Source: Phoronis australis
Taxonomy: Eukaryota > Animalia > Phoronida
NCBI GenBank assembly: GCA_002633005.1
Contig: NMRA01000358.1
Coordinates: 404,664-468,663, forward strand
Direction of reading: 5' to 3'
Length of the DNA stretch: 64,000 nucleotides
Under the pieces are notes generated by a model that was not told the DNA's origin, made no database searches, and was given only the letters and a program-made list of their open reading frames with translations. The translations under genes and the position numbers were made by a program. The number at the start of each line of letters is the position of its first letter. The first letter of the stretch is position 1. This document shows, piece after piece, positions 47,003-60,263 of the stretch.

Positions 47003-48519
47003 TGTTTAGTGGAGCGTCAATCAGCAAAGGTTTAAATCCGGTCTTGGGCCTAACTTTTGACCGCCCACGTTCACTTAACAGTAAGCAGGTGGGTTTAACA
47101 CCCAAAGTGTTGACGCGTCGCTAACAATGGGAACACTCAACTTTAGTGTCCATCGAAGTTTTCCCCAGGAGTCACAGCTTGTCACAACTGTAAAGGTCGC
47201 ATGACACCCCGTTTATGGATAAGTTCGATTACGATAGCGTCACCTAGCGACAACTCCGATGTCCAGCGAAGCTAATAGGAACGTTCAAGTTAAAGGATTT
47301 TCTCTATTCGTCACCCGGCTTTTGCCTGTAGCAGCGCTCAGATTTCCACCATGTACATGTACATGTAGAACTTGTGATAGCTTCCGGTAAATTGATCGTT
47401 CCAGCTTTTGGATAAATAAACGTCGTAGCTATTGCTTGCTGACGTTAGCGTCTTCGAAGTTATCGCAATACGACATAATGTAACCACCATTTCCACAGCA
47501 AAGATATCTTTGTTGGATGCCGAAGTTGAGCAATAGCACTGTAACAACGCGTTGATGCTTTGCCGTTTAACTGCACACTGCGAAGTAAACTAGAGCTATG
47601 ACCGAATTTTTTTAATTTACTCCACTGATGGACGCTCCCCTAAACACCAAACCACTGTCGACGTTAGTGGGTGAGCCTCATGTTCGGACGCCTTTTGTCT
47701 TCTGTGCATACTTATTGAGTGGCATTTATACCAAAGCTCGTGTCGAATAGTGAATTAACTCGGGCACCCGGAGTGCGACTAAGCCGTGAGAAGGGTTGCT
47801 TAGGTACCAGTCTCCCACCACATGAGGTGTACAGGCTATGTGTATCACGAACTGTGACCTATTTATAAAAGTAGGTTAAGTAGGTCGCAAACAACAGTAA
47901 TAGTTAGCTGGGAACGGTAAGTTTTAATGATGATTAACTTAATTACGCACTGCAAATCAGTTGACATTGCGAGTGAATGTTGAAATAGTAAACATATTTA
48001 AGGCTTGTATAGGTTGCGTACCGAAAACAAGTTTTCACCGAATAATTAACCGGAGACTGAGATTTTCACTCGTTCCAGTTTATCAGCTTTTTCTCGGCTT
48101 CGGAAAATCGACTTTATTTGAAAATTCTAAACTTAACATTTAGTCATCATTCTCAAAAACATTGTTAGGATTTTGGATATAAATGACTATTTTTGCGTAA
48201 TATAACAAAGACGAACACGACTTCCGTTTTTTACATAAGTACCTTACGTTTTGCGAGTTTATTTGTCATAGAAACCAAACGAAAAGACTAATCGTTTTGA
48301 GGTAACTGGTGAAGTTTTCATTTAAAAAAGGTTTCGTTAAAATCGGTCGAGGGCTTATTTTGCTATGACCGTACCTTTCTTAAACATGAAATTTTGACTT
48401 AAATATGTTTTTACGTAAAAATAGTAATAGTACACTAATGCAAAAAGTATTTGTGTATTCCTAATCTTTTTTCTTTCAAAAAATACATTCTTTTACCAGT
48501 TGACGAAGCTCAGTTTTTT

Positions 48520-48775
48520 ATATACGAGTCCAATGAATAAGGTTTGATGTACGAGTTAGAATGGAGTCCACTAAATAAGGTTTGATATACGAGTTAGAAT
48601 AGAGTCCACTAAATAAGGTTTAATATACGAGTTATAATAGAGTCCACTAAATAAGGTTTGATACACGAGTTAGAATAGAGTCCACTAAATAAGGTTTGAT
48701 ACACGAGTTATAATAGAGTCCACTAAATAAGGTTTGATATACGAGTTAGGATGGAGTCCACTAAATAAGGTTTGA
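48520..48775. repeat. 38-bp minisatellite, ~6.5 near-identical units
   Basis: GAGTCCACTAAATAAGGTTTGATATACGAGTTAGAATA starting at 48526, 48564, 48602, 48640, 48678, 48716 and 48754. Confidence 0.95.
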
Positions 48776-49443
48776 GATAACCTTAAAAAAGAGAGCAGGT
48801 GGTCTGATGTTATTTGCAGTGCACCATACGTGCGCAAGCCACATGATTTGGCCCGCTGCACTAAACAACTGAAGTTCTTCCTGAAGGAGGTTCATTCTGA
48901 AGGAGGTTTTCATCTCTGCCTGTCTCCTTTAAAAAAACCCGACAGACTATTCCATTTGCTGGCATGAGCTATATGCTGTAGTCATGTAACAGTGCCATTC
49001 AGTAGCTTTCTCCCCATAGTTTATAAAAAGAGAGAATTCCAGGTTGCCTGCTCTACTGAGTTTTGATCGAGAGATGTAGTTATCAAATCAAGCCTAATTT
49101 CATTGCTTCATTTTCATTTTGTTATTATTGTTCATCAAGCGAGACTCTTGAGGTACGATTCAATAAAATCAGCGACTTCTCAGCAATTACACAGATCTTT
49201 CTGTAAGCACCGACCTGTGGCCGTGGACGCCGAGAGTACTGGCCTCTCATATGTTTTCAGCTCCAGTCGTAAAACAACTTTCGGCAACCAATCATATTAC
49301 ATGCCAAGACATTTCTGGGTGTTATAGTGGTGTTACTGTATTTTACGGAAAGAGGTTACATTTGGCTTAAATGAAAGTTTAGAGCCTAAAATCAGATGGG
49401 TTTACATAACTTTCGAAAAATTACTCATAATTGCTAAGCTAAG

Positions 49444-49493
49444 CGTGTGTTTGTTTGTTTGTTTGTTTGTGTGTGTATGCATGCGTGCGTGTG
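49444..49493. repeat. Compound microsatellite (TTTG)n/(GT)n/(GCGT)n
   Basis: Directly visible in the sequence. Confidence 0.8.
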
Positions 49494-51787
49494 CTGTTAC
49501 TGTTTTCAATTCTTTCCATAAAAATTCATTTGCCCAATGTTTTTCTGCTGCCCTTTGTTAATTTGATTTCTGAGAAGTAAGCCTACTGTTATCTCTAGTA
49601 TTTAATTACACCCGTGAAGTAACATTTTAAAAAATAAAAGTTTACCTTGTAAAAGAAACCAATCCAGTACTTCGTGTTGCTGACAGCTCACACTGTATTT
49701 GCCATATTACCTCGCTTTTGGCGAACTACCGCATTTTATTACTATTTCCGCCATCCCGCTACAGCATCTAAATGACCCGCTTATTGACAAACGGTCAAAT
49801 TGACATTTTATTGTGTACTATCGTAATTTCCCATGCGACATAGCCACATTTTCTCGCTCGACTAAAAAAACGGGACGTTTCATGGGTTTTTGCGGTTCCC
49901 ATAATTTACCATTAACCTATAAAAACAACAACAACAAACCGCATTTTTGTGTTACACCTGTCATTTGATGTAGTCCTCGCGTTGTTGTGTGTAGCAGCAA
50001 ACATTTCACTCTTACTTTTTTGGGTTAGAACTAGACGTTCTGCCTGTAGTCCTGAAGTCCCGCTTTTTAATCCAGTTGCTCCTTTTTGTTCTTGAATTTT
50101 GACCGTGACAACTACACAAAAGGTGTTCAAAATAACATGGTCTCTTTAATTGTGATTTTCCAGGGTCCAGTTTCTTTAGTAGCAGTCGTATAAATATGTT
50201 CCAGTGTCTCTTGTTTACGGTAACATTAACTACATGTATCAGGAACACTAACGAAAAATGTTTCTTTCTAAACTCCTATGGAAAGTCCTACACCGCAGCT
50301 AATGTGATGTGCTATCCACTTTACATTCCAAAGCTACCTGACAGATGCTTGCCCATTTTTAATCTATCACGAAAACTTAACTGCAAATTTGGAATTGATA
50401 CTTAGGATAGTTTATTGCATTTTTCATGAATGTCACTGAAGAATGTAATTGTAACAAGCGGCACCAAACGTCCAATTGATCGTAATGAATACATATAAAG
50501 ATGTATAATTTTGGATGAATGTCTGGCTAAATCATCCACAGCAAGTTTGAGTGATCCATTTTCTAAAGCCTCTGTCTTCACTGACAGTGTAGAAATCTTA
50601 TGAATCGTTGAAATTACTTCCCTAATAGCTTTGCTAGTCATTTATATTATTTCTCTGGTTCATTTCCTTTTTACACTATCCAATAGTACGAAATTAGACG
50701 TTGTGCTTTCTGCATTTTCGCTTGTAGAATTGATAATATTTTTAAACCAGTCAGGAATGCCAAAATACTTATGAATTAAATTGTTTATCCTCTGCTTCTG
50801 GTATAATCATCAAGAACTGACAAAGAGTTTTCTAATGATATAGCTGTTATGCAATTCGATTGAAAAACGGTGGAATTGCGAAAAGATAAATTCCATAGCA
50901 AATGTACATACCAGAACATATGAATGCAAGCAACCCCTACGCATGGCGGCCAAATTGTCAATTTCAGATGTGTTCTTGTTACAGAAATCACAATATACCA
51001 TTTTTAAAAAATGGTTAAAAGTCTCACCTGTGCACTTCTTTTAAACACTTCATGAGCAATGCATCACTTATGAAAACTAAAAAAATGCCACTCTAAAAAT
51101 TAAGTACGCAAATTAAGTGCCGCCATTACCATACAATGCAATTTTCGTCTAAAATTTGTGCACCTGCAGGCTCACTTGAAAAATGACGTGTTTACATGTA
51201 TACTTATGCTTTCATGGTCAACAAACATGCTCAAGACATTTTTGAAGCAATTTATTTCATATTTATTGGGTTACAGAATGTGGAAAATATACTCGTTAGT
51301 CTGCAGTGCTCGTTAAGCAAGGTGTCACTATTTTGGCAGAATAAAAGGACAAATGTTTATACTAACCCGTTATCTTCCATTCATAAAAATCAATGTAGTT
51401 ATTGTTATTGAAGACATCATTAGATTCTCAGTTGTCTGAATTGCTATCACGCCTGCTGAACACAGTTTCAGTTCAGTTCAGTAGCAGCCTTCGTTAACAC
51501 AAACGATACGCGCTCAAAGCTGATATAAAACACATCATTGAAAGTGCCTATTGCGCGTGTGTTTACTATGGAAAAGTGGTTCTAACGTATTTCGCTGTTG
51601 TATAACACAGTTGCTGTACGACCCTATCACCACGTGTGTATGATAAATCGTGGTTTGAATTGTGAGTTAATGGCACTCGATGCAACAATACAGCAGTTGT
51701 CGTGATATCATGTTGGAAACGAAAATATCAACATTTTCATGTATGTTAAAACATCGGGAGAATGTATTTTGCTAATGTTCAGTGAGC

Positions 51788-54031
51788 ATGTATGCAATTT
51801 GTAGGAGCTCGCAGGCATGTGAATCGCGAGTAAATTTGAGTTTTTTACTGTGGATTTCTCTAATGTTCAATGACCTTGTTCAGTCTATGCCTACAGATTC
51901 AACCTTCTATGTTCGATATGGTGGGGTTGGGAGCTGGAAAAAACCTGGCACTAACGCTATCGGTAGACCATTAATTAGGTTAAGCAATGCTTTGAGAGTG
52001 GTGAATGGCGTGGAAAAACTTGTGAAAACAGAGGTTATGTGTAAAGTGTTTGCACCCGTCGTCGAGAAAGACTGGATGACGCTAAGGTTTCCACATCCGT
52101 ACGACTTCACAGGAAAACTACTTGGGCCCCCAAACGACAAGACTACCATCGATAGCAACCAAACACACGTGTGGATGGATCGTGTTTTAGAAATAATTTA
52201 CTTCACTGCAGCTGAAAAGCCAAATACTTTCGTAAACTGTGCTGCGCAAACTCCATCCAGTGATAGCTATGGGAACCCCTTAGAAGGAGGAGAGTTGATA
52301 ACCACATGTGTAATCCAGGGCGGAGACAAGCCGGCACCAAGGGTTACACATAGCACGAAATCTTCAACCACGCCAACCACGTCAACCGTTACGTCTCCAA
52401 CCCTGCACACATCACCGTCTTTACTAGACACTGTTGCACTGACAGCAAAAACAATAACCGAGACATCGTCACCTAATGTGATAACTAGATCTCCTGATGA
52501 AAAGACAATGCATATATCACTGAGGTCAGGATACGGGCAAATACGTGGGAAGAGTCTAGAAGCAATGGATGGGTTACATTATTTGATACATTGTCTTGTG
52601 GAATGCAGTAGTAATGGTAATAATAAAGTGTCTGTAATTTGGGAGCATACCGTGAATAATGCAACCGTAGGTTATGTACATCAAGTAAGCATCTCGAAAG
52701 ATACGAAACTTTTAGACAGGCAAATTAAATTCAAGGCAAGCTTTGAGGACAACGAGAAGACAATCACTTGTAAAGCGGTCGATATCACAGACAGTTCTCT
52801 CCATGATTCAATTCAAGTTACTATCTTTGTCAATGCGTTTGAAAACCATCGAGTCTTGATAGCTTGGGTAGGGGTCACTTGCTGCCCGCTGTTACTCATG
52901 ATACCGACTATGTTGTATTGGGCCATGTTTAAATCAGGAGAAACACAAGATATGCCAGATATAACACTCAATGATGATACTCCAGCCATGCCCACTTACG
53001 ACATTGAAGAGTTTGGGAAAGTACTGTTCAAGAAGTGCAAGCCCAAGGTAACGAGACAGGAATCATATATTTATACTCAACAACCATTGGAGTTGTCACA
53101 AACGAGTGAAATAGGCGAGTGTAGTCACACCGAGATTCGGGATGGTAAAGAGCCATCAGGTGTTATGCCAAATGGAAGGGAGACGGTTAGGCCGGCTGAA
53201 GTCTTCGCAAGTTTTCCACAAAAAACTCTGGAGAGTGTCAACAGATTGCTAAGACGGGTATTTCACACTGCAAACGAAATAGACCAAACTGCCTGTGAAA
53301 CATCATCGAGTAATTTGATGAAAGTACCAAATTCCTGTAACACAATGAATGCAGTAAGTGTAAGCACACCCCAGCCGTCATTAGCTAATGCCTCTCAAAG
53401 AGACTTCGTACACACAAGCTGGTGGAACAGTCTAGTTAGTAAATTCACAGCACCTCTTTCACCGTTGTCTCAAAAGTTAACAAACAAGCACATTCTGGCC
53501 AGTAACAACAAACGAAATACTACAAATACGCCCCATTTTATCCATGAAGAGGAGACAGACAATAAAGACAAGAGTTTTGTTTGGTTTCCAAGCATAGCAA
53601 GGGTAATCAGTCCACCCAAACCCATCCAAAATATAATTAAACATAAAGAAAAACTACAAAGATCAGTTCCACGATTGCCTCCAGACGATGCTCAGGTGAG
53701 CGGCCCAAGTACACTTTTGACAAGTGCAGAATTATCACTTATCCAAAAACCTCTTCAAGACAGCAGACGAACCATGGGTCAAATTGTGAAAAACAGGGCT
53801 TTTAAACCAGACACTTTTACTGGGTCATCTCAGGAAAATGTGATAGAAGTAAAAGAAAACCAATTATCACCTGCACAACGACTCACAGCTTATCGAAATA
53901 AGAAGCAGGAAATATTCGCAAAAATACGAGCAATCTCCGCAAAATACCTGAAAGTCAAAGACACCGTGATGGCAACAAAATCGAAGAAAGCGAAAATGAG
54001 ACAGAGCCGACAAGCACAAATTAGTTGGTAA
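51788..54031 (+). CDS. Uncharacterised type I membrane protein (signal-like N-terminus, Ig-like domain(s), Thr/Ser stalk, TM, long cytoplasmic tail)
   Basis: Uninterrupted 747-codon ORF from the first ATG in AT-rich DNA. Hydrophobic LSFLLWISLMF; stalk STTPTTSTVTSPT; Ig-like C..W..ITCKA..VTIFV; TM VLIAWVGVTCCPLLLMIPTMLYWAMF. Confidence 0.8.
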   Translation: MYAICRSSQACESRVNLSFLLWISLMFNDLVQSMPTDSTFYVRYGGVGSWKKPGTNAIGRPLIRLSNALRVVNGVEKLVKTEVMCKVFAPVVEKDWMTLRFPHPYDFTGKLLGPPNDKTTIDSNQTHVWMDRVLEIIYFTAAEKPNTFVNCAAQTPSSDSYGNPLEGGELITTCVIQGGDKPAPRVTHSTKSSTTPTTSTVTSPTLHTSPSLLDTVALTAKTITETSSPNVITRSPDEKTMHISLRSGYGQIRGKSLEAMDGLHYLIHCLVECSSNGNNKVSVIWEHTVNNATVGYVHQVSISKDTKLLDRQIKFKASFEDNEKTITCKAVDITDSSLHDSIQVTIFVNAFENHRVLIAWVGVTCCPLLLMIPTMLYWAMFKSGETQDMPDITLNDDTPAMPTYDIEEFGKVLFKKCKPKVTRQESYIYTQQPLELSQTSEIGECSHTEIRDGKEPSGVMPNGRETVRPAEVFASFPQKTLESVNRLLRRVFHTANEIDQTACETSSSNLMKVPNSCNTMNAVSVSTPQPSLANASQRDFVHTSWWNSLVSKFTAPLSPLSQKLTNKHILASNNKRNTTNTPHFIHEEETDNKDKSFVWFPSIARVISPPKPIQNIIKHKEKLQRSVPRLPPDDAQVSGPSTLLTSAELSLIQKPLQDSRRTMGQIVKNRAFKPDTFTGSSQENVIEVKENQLSPAQRLTAYRNKKQEIFAKIRAISAKYLKVKDTVMATKSKKAKMRQSRQAQISW

Positions 54032-55092
54032 AATTTGTAGCCGCAGTGAAATAGTGAATTGTGATGATGTTCGACTGAATGCATACGTGCATCAAGAAGA
54101 CGTCACCAGAAAGAGACCGCTAAGTATCGTAATTTGACGTTGGAGTCTCTGCCTGCAAAAAGAAACCGAGTCGGTCATAAAAGACATCTTTTCCTAGGCT
54201 TTCGTCAAGCATGAGCTTCATTGTCTATTGACACCGGGATTTTTCATATATTATTAGCCCACTTGATGAAATGCCGATGGGAGATTATTCAGATAATTAT
54301 GCCGATCAAACACCTTAGGGCGTATATTTGGTTCTGCAGTTTCTGGCGTCAAGTTTTCAGATGGTAGGCGTTTATTCGGAAAATTTCCAATCAAATCCCC
54401 ACTCAGCGTCAACTTTTACTTTACTCACGCATTCAGTTTTGTGGAGCATTTACATGTATGAAAACGAACAAAGTTTGGGCAAATTATGCATTCATTAACA
54501 TAAAATTCAAAAAACACAGCTGGTATTTTCGTAGCCAAAACTATGACTTTCCGTTTACACGCCCACGTTTTCCGAATAAACGCCAGGTCGTTTATTTGGT
54601 GTTACTAAAAAGCCTTAAAATTTCCACGTTCCAAATACACGCCCATGGGCTTAACTACGAAAATTCGGGGCAGGTGCCACCAATTTAAGCGAATGGTAAA
54701 CTCGTAAATTTTGGTTCTCTGATAAGTTACTTTTTCACCCAAGTAGACCGATGATGGACAGACCATTCTTAAAAGACCTCATTAATATCCACGTGGAATA
54801 CGAAGGCCGATTAAGCACGACAAGGCAATGGCTGTATCTACTTCGCGTGACATGTCGTTTGTTACTGGTTTTATCCCATACGCGTTGAATCTATCGGGGG
54901 AAATACGGCCATGTGATGTTTTTTTCCGTATTCACCTCCCGCACTACTTAAATAGTGACCTCTGACATGGAAAGTTCAAAAGGTAGTGCAATGTCGACTC
55001 GACGTTGTTAGCCCGTTAGATCATCAAATTTTCGGAAAACAGTTTAAAGTAATACAACTGTAGCAGTGTAAATAACACTCAACGTGCAATCA

Positions 55093-55496
55093 GGGCCCGG
55101 TTTCTAATCTTTGTACTCGAAACGAACTCGAAACTATTTTTGGCAATTTCTCTGATCCTTTAGTGCGAACTTAAGATAATTGGTTATCAGACTGTGCTCG
55201 AATACATTATAGTTTATGCATAGGAGTTTCTAGTTCAAGTTTGCTCTTGAAGACCCTTATATTCGTGCTACTAACTCGAGTAAAAACTCGAAATTTCGAG
55301 TTTGAACTCGAACTTATTGCTTTAATATTGGGTTTACAAACTGTGAACTAAGGGCAATAAATTATCTACGTAAGTTATTGTGTACTCGAGCATAGAATAA
55401 TAGACACTTATTTTGAGTTCGGCCAAAAGTAGAGTAGAAAATGCCAAACCTAATTTCGAATTCCATTTCGAGTAAAAAGATTGGAGACCGGGCCCA
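55093..55496. mobile_element. MITE with internal ACTCGAA repeats
   Basis: GGGCCCGGTTTCTAATC ... GATTGGAGACCGGGCCC; lies in a block absent from the downstream duplicate. Confidence 0.65.
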
Positions 55497-57820
55497 GGTC
55501 TCAATCGTAACGTCTGAAACAGGACTGTTAATTACATGACATCCTGTCTGAGATTTCATTTGATAAATAGTATATGGCTGCAACTCAGGCGCCGAGATAA
55601 ATTTCTGAATACTTTCTACCTAAAAAAATATAAGAACCACGCGCAAGGAGCAGTTTTAAGAAGCGTCTGAAGGGGCATCAGCCACAACGTCTGGGTGTCC
55701 TGCACAGATATTACTCAACGAAGTCACGAAAAACGTCAGAAATGTAAGCAAACTTAGAAACAGATTTAGCTCAAACTCTGACGAAAATACTGAAAATAGC
55801 AAATATGCGCCCCAAGCCTGTAGCTAAACTAAAATTCAACTGAACTGCCGTATCAGGCAGGCTGCAAAAATTCATTCATAAAAGTATTGCGTGCACGTAT
55901 ACGTGTCACGCGATCTGCGATCATCATTGGTAAAAGATAACAAATGACACAAAAGCAAGTGGAGCAATCTGTATAAACCCGCTTCTTTAAAGAATCCTCA
56001 TAGGGGCGCATAGGATAAATATGTAATGCAATGTACTTGTTTGTGTCAAGTGTGTTATAAGTATATCTCGATTCGTGATATAAAGCCCAAGTTCAAATAC
56101 TTTTGCATATCACGAATTGGTAAATCACGTATGTTGTATAACATATATTTACTTTTAGGTTTTTAGGTTTAGACCGGGAGCCTAGACTGAAGGAGGTACC
56201 AACACCTGTCGTGGGGGCACTTATATCTCGGAATATACAGATGTCTGCCGTTGTCTGCCGTTGTCTGCACTCTGGGTGGGACCCCTAGGTAACCTTTCAA
56301 AGGGGTCAAAAATGAGCTAGATTATACTGAGGTGGACTCTAAGTGCTCGTATGGTCAGATGTTGGTACCTCGTACATCTATGCTAAGTGCCGTGGGCTGC
56401 AGGTCTAGTTCGTTCAAGAGGTGTGTCTTAACTTAGACGGAAGTCGGATTGACTAACAATGTCCGAAACCCGTTCCATGAAACTCTTGCAGCCACAGGTT
56501 AGAGTGAGTTATCCTGCTACGGAGTTTTAGGCTTAACATTATTTCCTTAATATAAATGAAAGAAAATTACAACTATTATCACTTTAACAGTATGCATGAA
56601 AATGATCAATGCTACAAGAATAGCAGTACACTGGACACCTGTAGGCAAAAGGCTAAAGCTGAATATGGAACCTTAAATGACTTTTTTATTGTCACTGGTA
56701 GAAGACGATTTAAGAGTAAGCTAGCCTGCTAGCTAGCCGGGTGTGACCATAAACTGAATTTACAGGTTTGTGTCAAGGTCATTACTGTTGGAAATTGATG
56801 GAAGATATCTCTCAGGACTCTGACGTTGCCACTGGAACACAACAACCATCAGTGGCCTCGCTAAGTGTAGAAAAACCTTGCCTGGATATTCATTCATAGA
56901 GATCACGCTCCTCCTTCTTAGCCTCCTTTTCACTTCCCCATGAATAATGCGTTGGGATAGAAACAAAGGAAGAGAGCAAACATGAATGCAATTTCCCTTC
57001 AGATGACACGTCGTTTTTTATCATGAATGTTGGAAAAGAGCTACAGTCTGGCCATGGCAACACAAAAATCGTATGAAGGCGACGATTTTCCAAATTTGAT
57101 TTTTGTAATGTCGGTCGTTTTTTCTTTACGGTTCAGGATTACTTGTGGATCAAGAAAAAAAAAACTGAGCCAGTCAGAGTTTGTGACAACGTGTTGAACG
57201 GCAGCATCTATTTTAGAGGTGTTTCCACTGTCTTCAGTTTGTTTTCATCCAAGTTTTCCTGATGAAAACTGAATGAAGAAGACCTTCAGTACTTGAGCGA
57301 ACACGGTATACTATGCAATTTATGTTGAAATATTTATCCAACGGTTCTTTTAAGGAGCCATTTCACACTTTACCTATGGCTCGTACAAAATACAACCAAC
57401 GGTCATTTTAAGGATCACCTGGAATTTTCCAGAAGAACTGCTCACGTCAGAACGTTTAATTAGAACGGGCGTTAGACCAGTGAATTCGCTGTCGTGTGGC
57501 ATTTTCATCTGAACAAAATCAACAAATTTCTGAAACAAAAACGTGAAATGAGTATCTTTTACATTTATAGACACTCCTTGTAATTTGTGTACAAATTCGT
57601 TTTTGTAATTTTCTCAGTACTTGAACCCGGAATCCCAAACTGTTCGGAGTAACTATGTGCTGATATTTGATTGCAAGCAGACGGCAAAATCTGTCAGCAC
57701 TTAAAAGTTTGCAGTTACACGACCTGTAGCATTACCAAAGGTACTCAAGATACTAAGAGTTCTACAGTTTGAGGAATTTGAACAGCGCTTCATTGCCGAA
57801 ATTATTTCGTTTCGTTGTGC

Positions 57821-58357
57821 TAGACAGTACAATAGATGCAAAAATGTCCCGTCATAATACACTAACCGGAAGCTGGGATTGGAAATTCAGGAGATTGCCT
57901 CCTCTTCTGGGATATTCCAAAGGAAAATGTCGGAGCTGCGAAAAATTAATTTCCACAGCAAATGCACACACCAGAACATACGAATGCAAGCAACCCCCAC
58001 GCATGCGCGGTGCAACCTCAGCGGCCGTGAGATAGAAGATGGCATTTCAGGGCTACAGTTCTAAGCTGGTACATCGTCCCAGCTGTCGAAATAGGTCATT
58101 CTGGACGCATTTCCAGAAAAGAGCCCTGCATAAGGTTCTAGAAGCATTCTTTAGTAAAAATTGGAAAAAGACTTTTTCACACAGTCATGGTATGGCGAAT
58201 TCTACTTACCCTGTTCCTCAGCCGAATTTTGCATTTTTGACCATCCAATTAGCAGACAGTAAAATAGATGCAAAAATGTCCCGTCGTAATACACTAACCG
58301 GAAGCTTGGATTGGAAAGTCAGGAGAGTGCCTCCTCCTCTGGGATATTCCAAAGGAA
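57821..58357. repeat. Direct repeat pair of ~105 bp
   Basis: AGACAGTA.AATAGATGCAAAAATGTCCCGTC.TAATACACTAACCGGAAGCT.GGATTGGAAA...GGGATATTCCAAAGGAA at ~57821-57925 and ~58254-58357. Confidence 0.85.
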
Positions 58358-59074
58358 CACGCCTGAGTTGCGAATCTCGTATCATGATTGATGAAGTTTA
58401 CAACAAGTAGTTTACTCCAAAATGGATTTTCACGTGTTAAAGAGGCTTGAACATTTTTGGAGACTATCTTGTGATTATGTCCCGTTGTTTATTGGTTGCT
58501 TTAGTGCAGTGTAAAGAAAAGTGAAGCTTCGTTAAAAAACTTCCTTTGGAGTTAGCTTCACGTTATCGTCGTGGGAAACGGTGAGAATAGCAATTTTAGA
58601 CTCAAGATACTGACGATCAAAATCAGTTGTTCCGTAAATTCACATTGTAAAGTTGAGGTCTCCCTTCATGCCTCAGCTCAGGCAGGTTTAATAATTTTAA
58701 TGCAACAGTTGATGTCACGAGCGAAGATCTTGCAATTTTTTTTGCTTCTTCTTACGTTGGGGATGTCAAAGACTTTGGTCCTATTGGGAAAAGCCCTTTA
58801 ACCTGAATGCTTGTGACATTTGAGGCCAACAAAAGACATTGATAAGGCATCCAGGCACTGAAAGGGGAATTGGAAGTATCGACAGCAACGGCTTATAACA
58901 AGGACTCCCGAACGCTCTGATTGATGTAATAAATCGTCCAAAGAAAATGATATCCCGTCTTTGAACGATCAGCACACCGTTGCTCCCATTCTGACGATAA
59001 CACCGTGCATTACCGATGTCGAAAACGGAACACTCATTCCATATCTAGATGTGGTCACGAAAGAAGTTATATCC

Positions 59075-59870
59075 TATGACAGCAGTTACAACGGTGTTGA
59101 TTTCGAGGTTCTGGTCGGCTAAGTCAGTCGCTCAGGGCATACTGATTTAAAAGAGGGCATCCAGCACAACACTCCAGATTGCCAAAATAACGACAAGACC
59201 ACCATGGCTGATCATGTGACTGGAATGACATGTGGGGATAATAAAATACCTGGAGATCACATTCCGTCAATGAAAGGCCAGCGGCAAGAATCGAGCCCAA
59301 CGGCTGATAGCAAAGATGTCAAAAAGCCCTGCAGAATCTTACTGAATTTATAAAACCGCTCATAAAAGAACATATCCTGACTACGCATGACCAACCTATT
59401 GAATTTGTTGCTGCTATTCCCGTCATGGCCGAACTCCCGGCAGTACCGTCCACTACTGATCCGAAATTACTGTCAAGCGAATTTAGGGTTGGTGATGGGA
59501 GAGAGCGTTAAAGTTAGATCCCATGTCTCTAGTAACAGGAATGTTGATCTCGAGGTTCTACCCGGCAAAATCAATCGTTCAGTACATGCTGAATTAAAAT
59601 GAGAGATCAACCATTAACGGTACATACTGCCATAATATCGACAAGACGACGATTCTTGATCTGGTAACTCGAATGTCATGTGGGATAAAAAAAAATACCT
59701 GGAGATGACATCCCATCAAACACAGGCCAACAGCAAGACTAGACCTCCACGGCTTATATAAAAGATGCCGACAAAGCCCTGTAGGATCTCAATGAATATC
59801 TAAAACCTCACGAAGAAGAAAACATCCTGACTACGCATGACTAGCCTACTAAATTTGCTGCTGCTACTGC
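59075..59870. repeat. Tandem duplication, ~450-bp period, of decayed coding-like sequence
   Basis: GTTGATTTCGAGGTTCT (59095) matches GTTGATCTCGAGGTTCT (59543); ATCCTGACTACGCATGAC occurs at 59374 and 59824. Confidence 0.8.
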
Positions 59871-60263
59871 TGTCTTGACCAAACAGTCGCTAGTAACACT
59901 AATTACAGATATCGAAATTACATTTAAACCGGATCTAGGCTTGGTCATGGTGCAGCCTTGCAAAATTAAGCGCAACTGGAATGCTGAATTGGAAGAGGGG
60001 GCCCCTACGGCACTTAAGATTTTTGTGATGAAGAAAAGGCGAGATTGGATGTGACGGACCACGGAACACTTATAGCTAACACTAATTATAGATGGTTCGC
60101 TTTATGTTCCCTCTGAAGAAGATATTGAAAAAGTGGGTCGTGCCAGTTATCGGTGAAGTCTTTGATGATTTTTTCAAATTTTGACGAGGGTAGTGAGGAC
60201 AATGAAAGTTCTGGATACTACAGCACTGCAAAGGAGAAGCTGAGTAACGTCGTCGTTGTGGCA

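Noticed and set aside
48520-48775. 38-bp array as a CRISPR
   Set aside because: Units are contiguous and near-identical with no unique spacers; no cas genes; eukaryotic context.
60256-60263. Start of the 464-aa ORF as a real initiation site
   Set aside because: The start is TTG, outside the homologous region, with no signal peptide; the first in-frame ATG is inside the TM segment.
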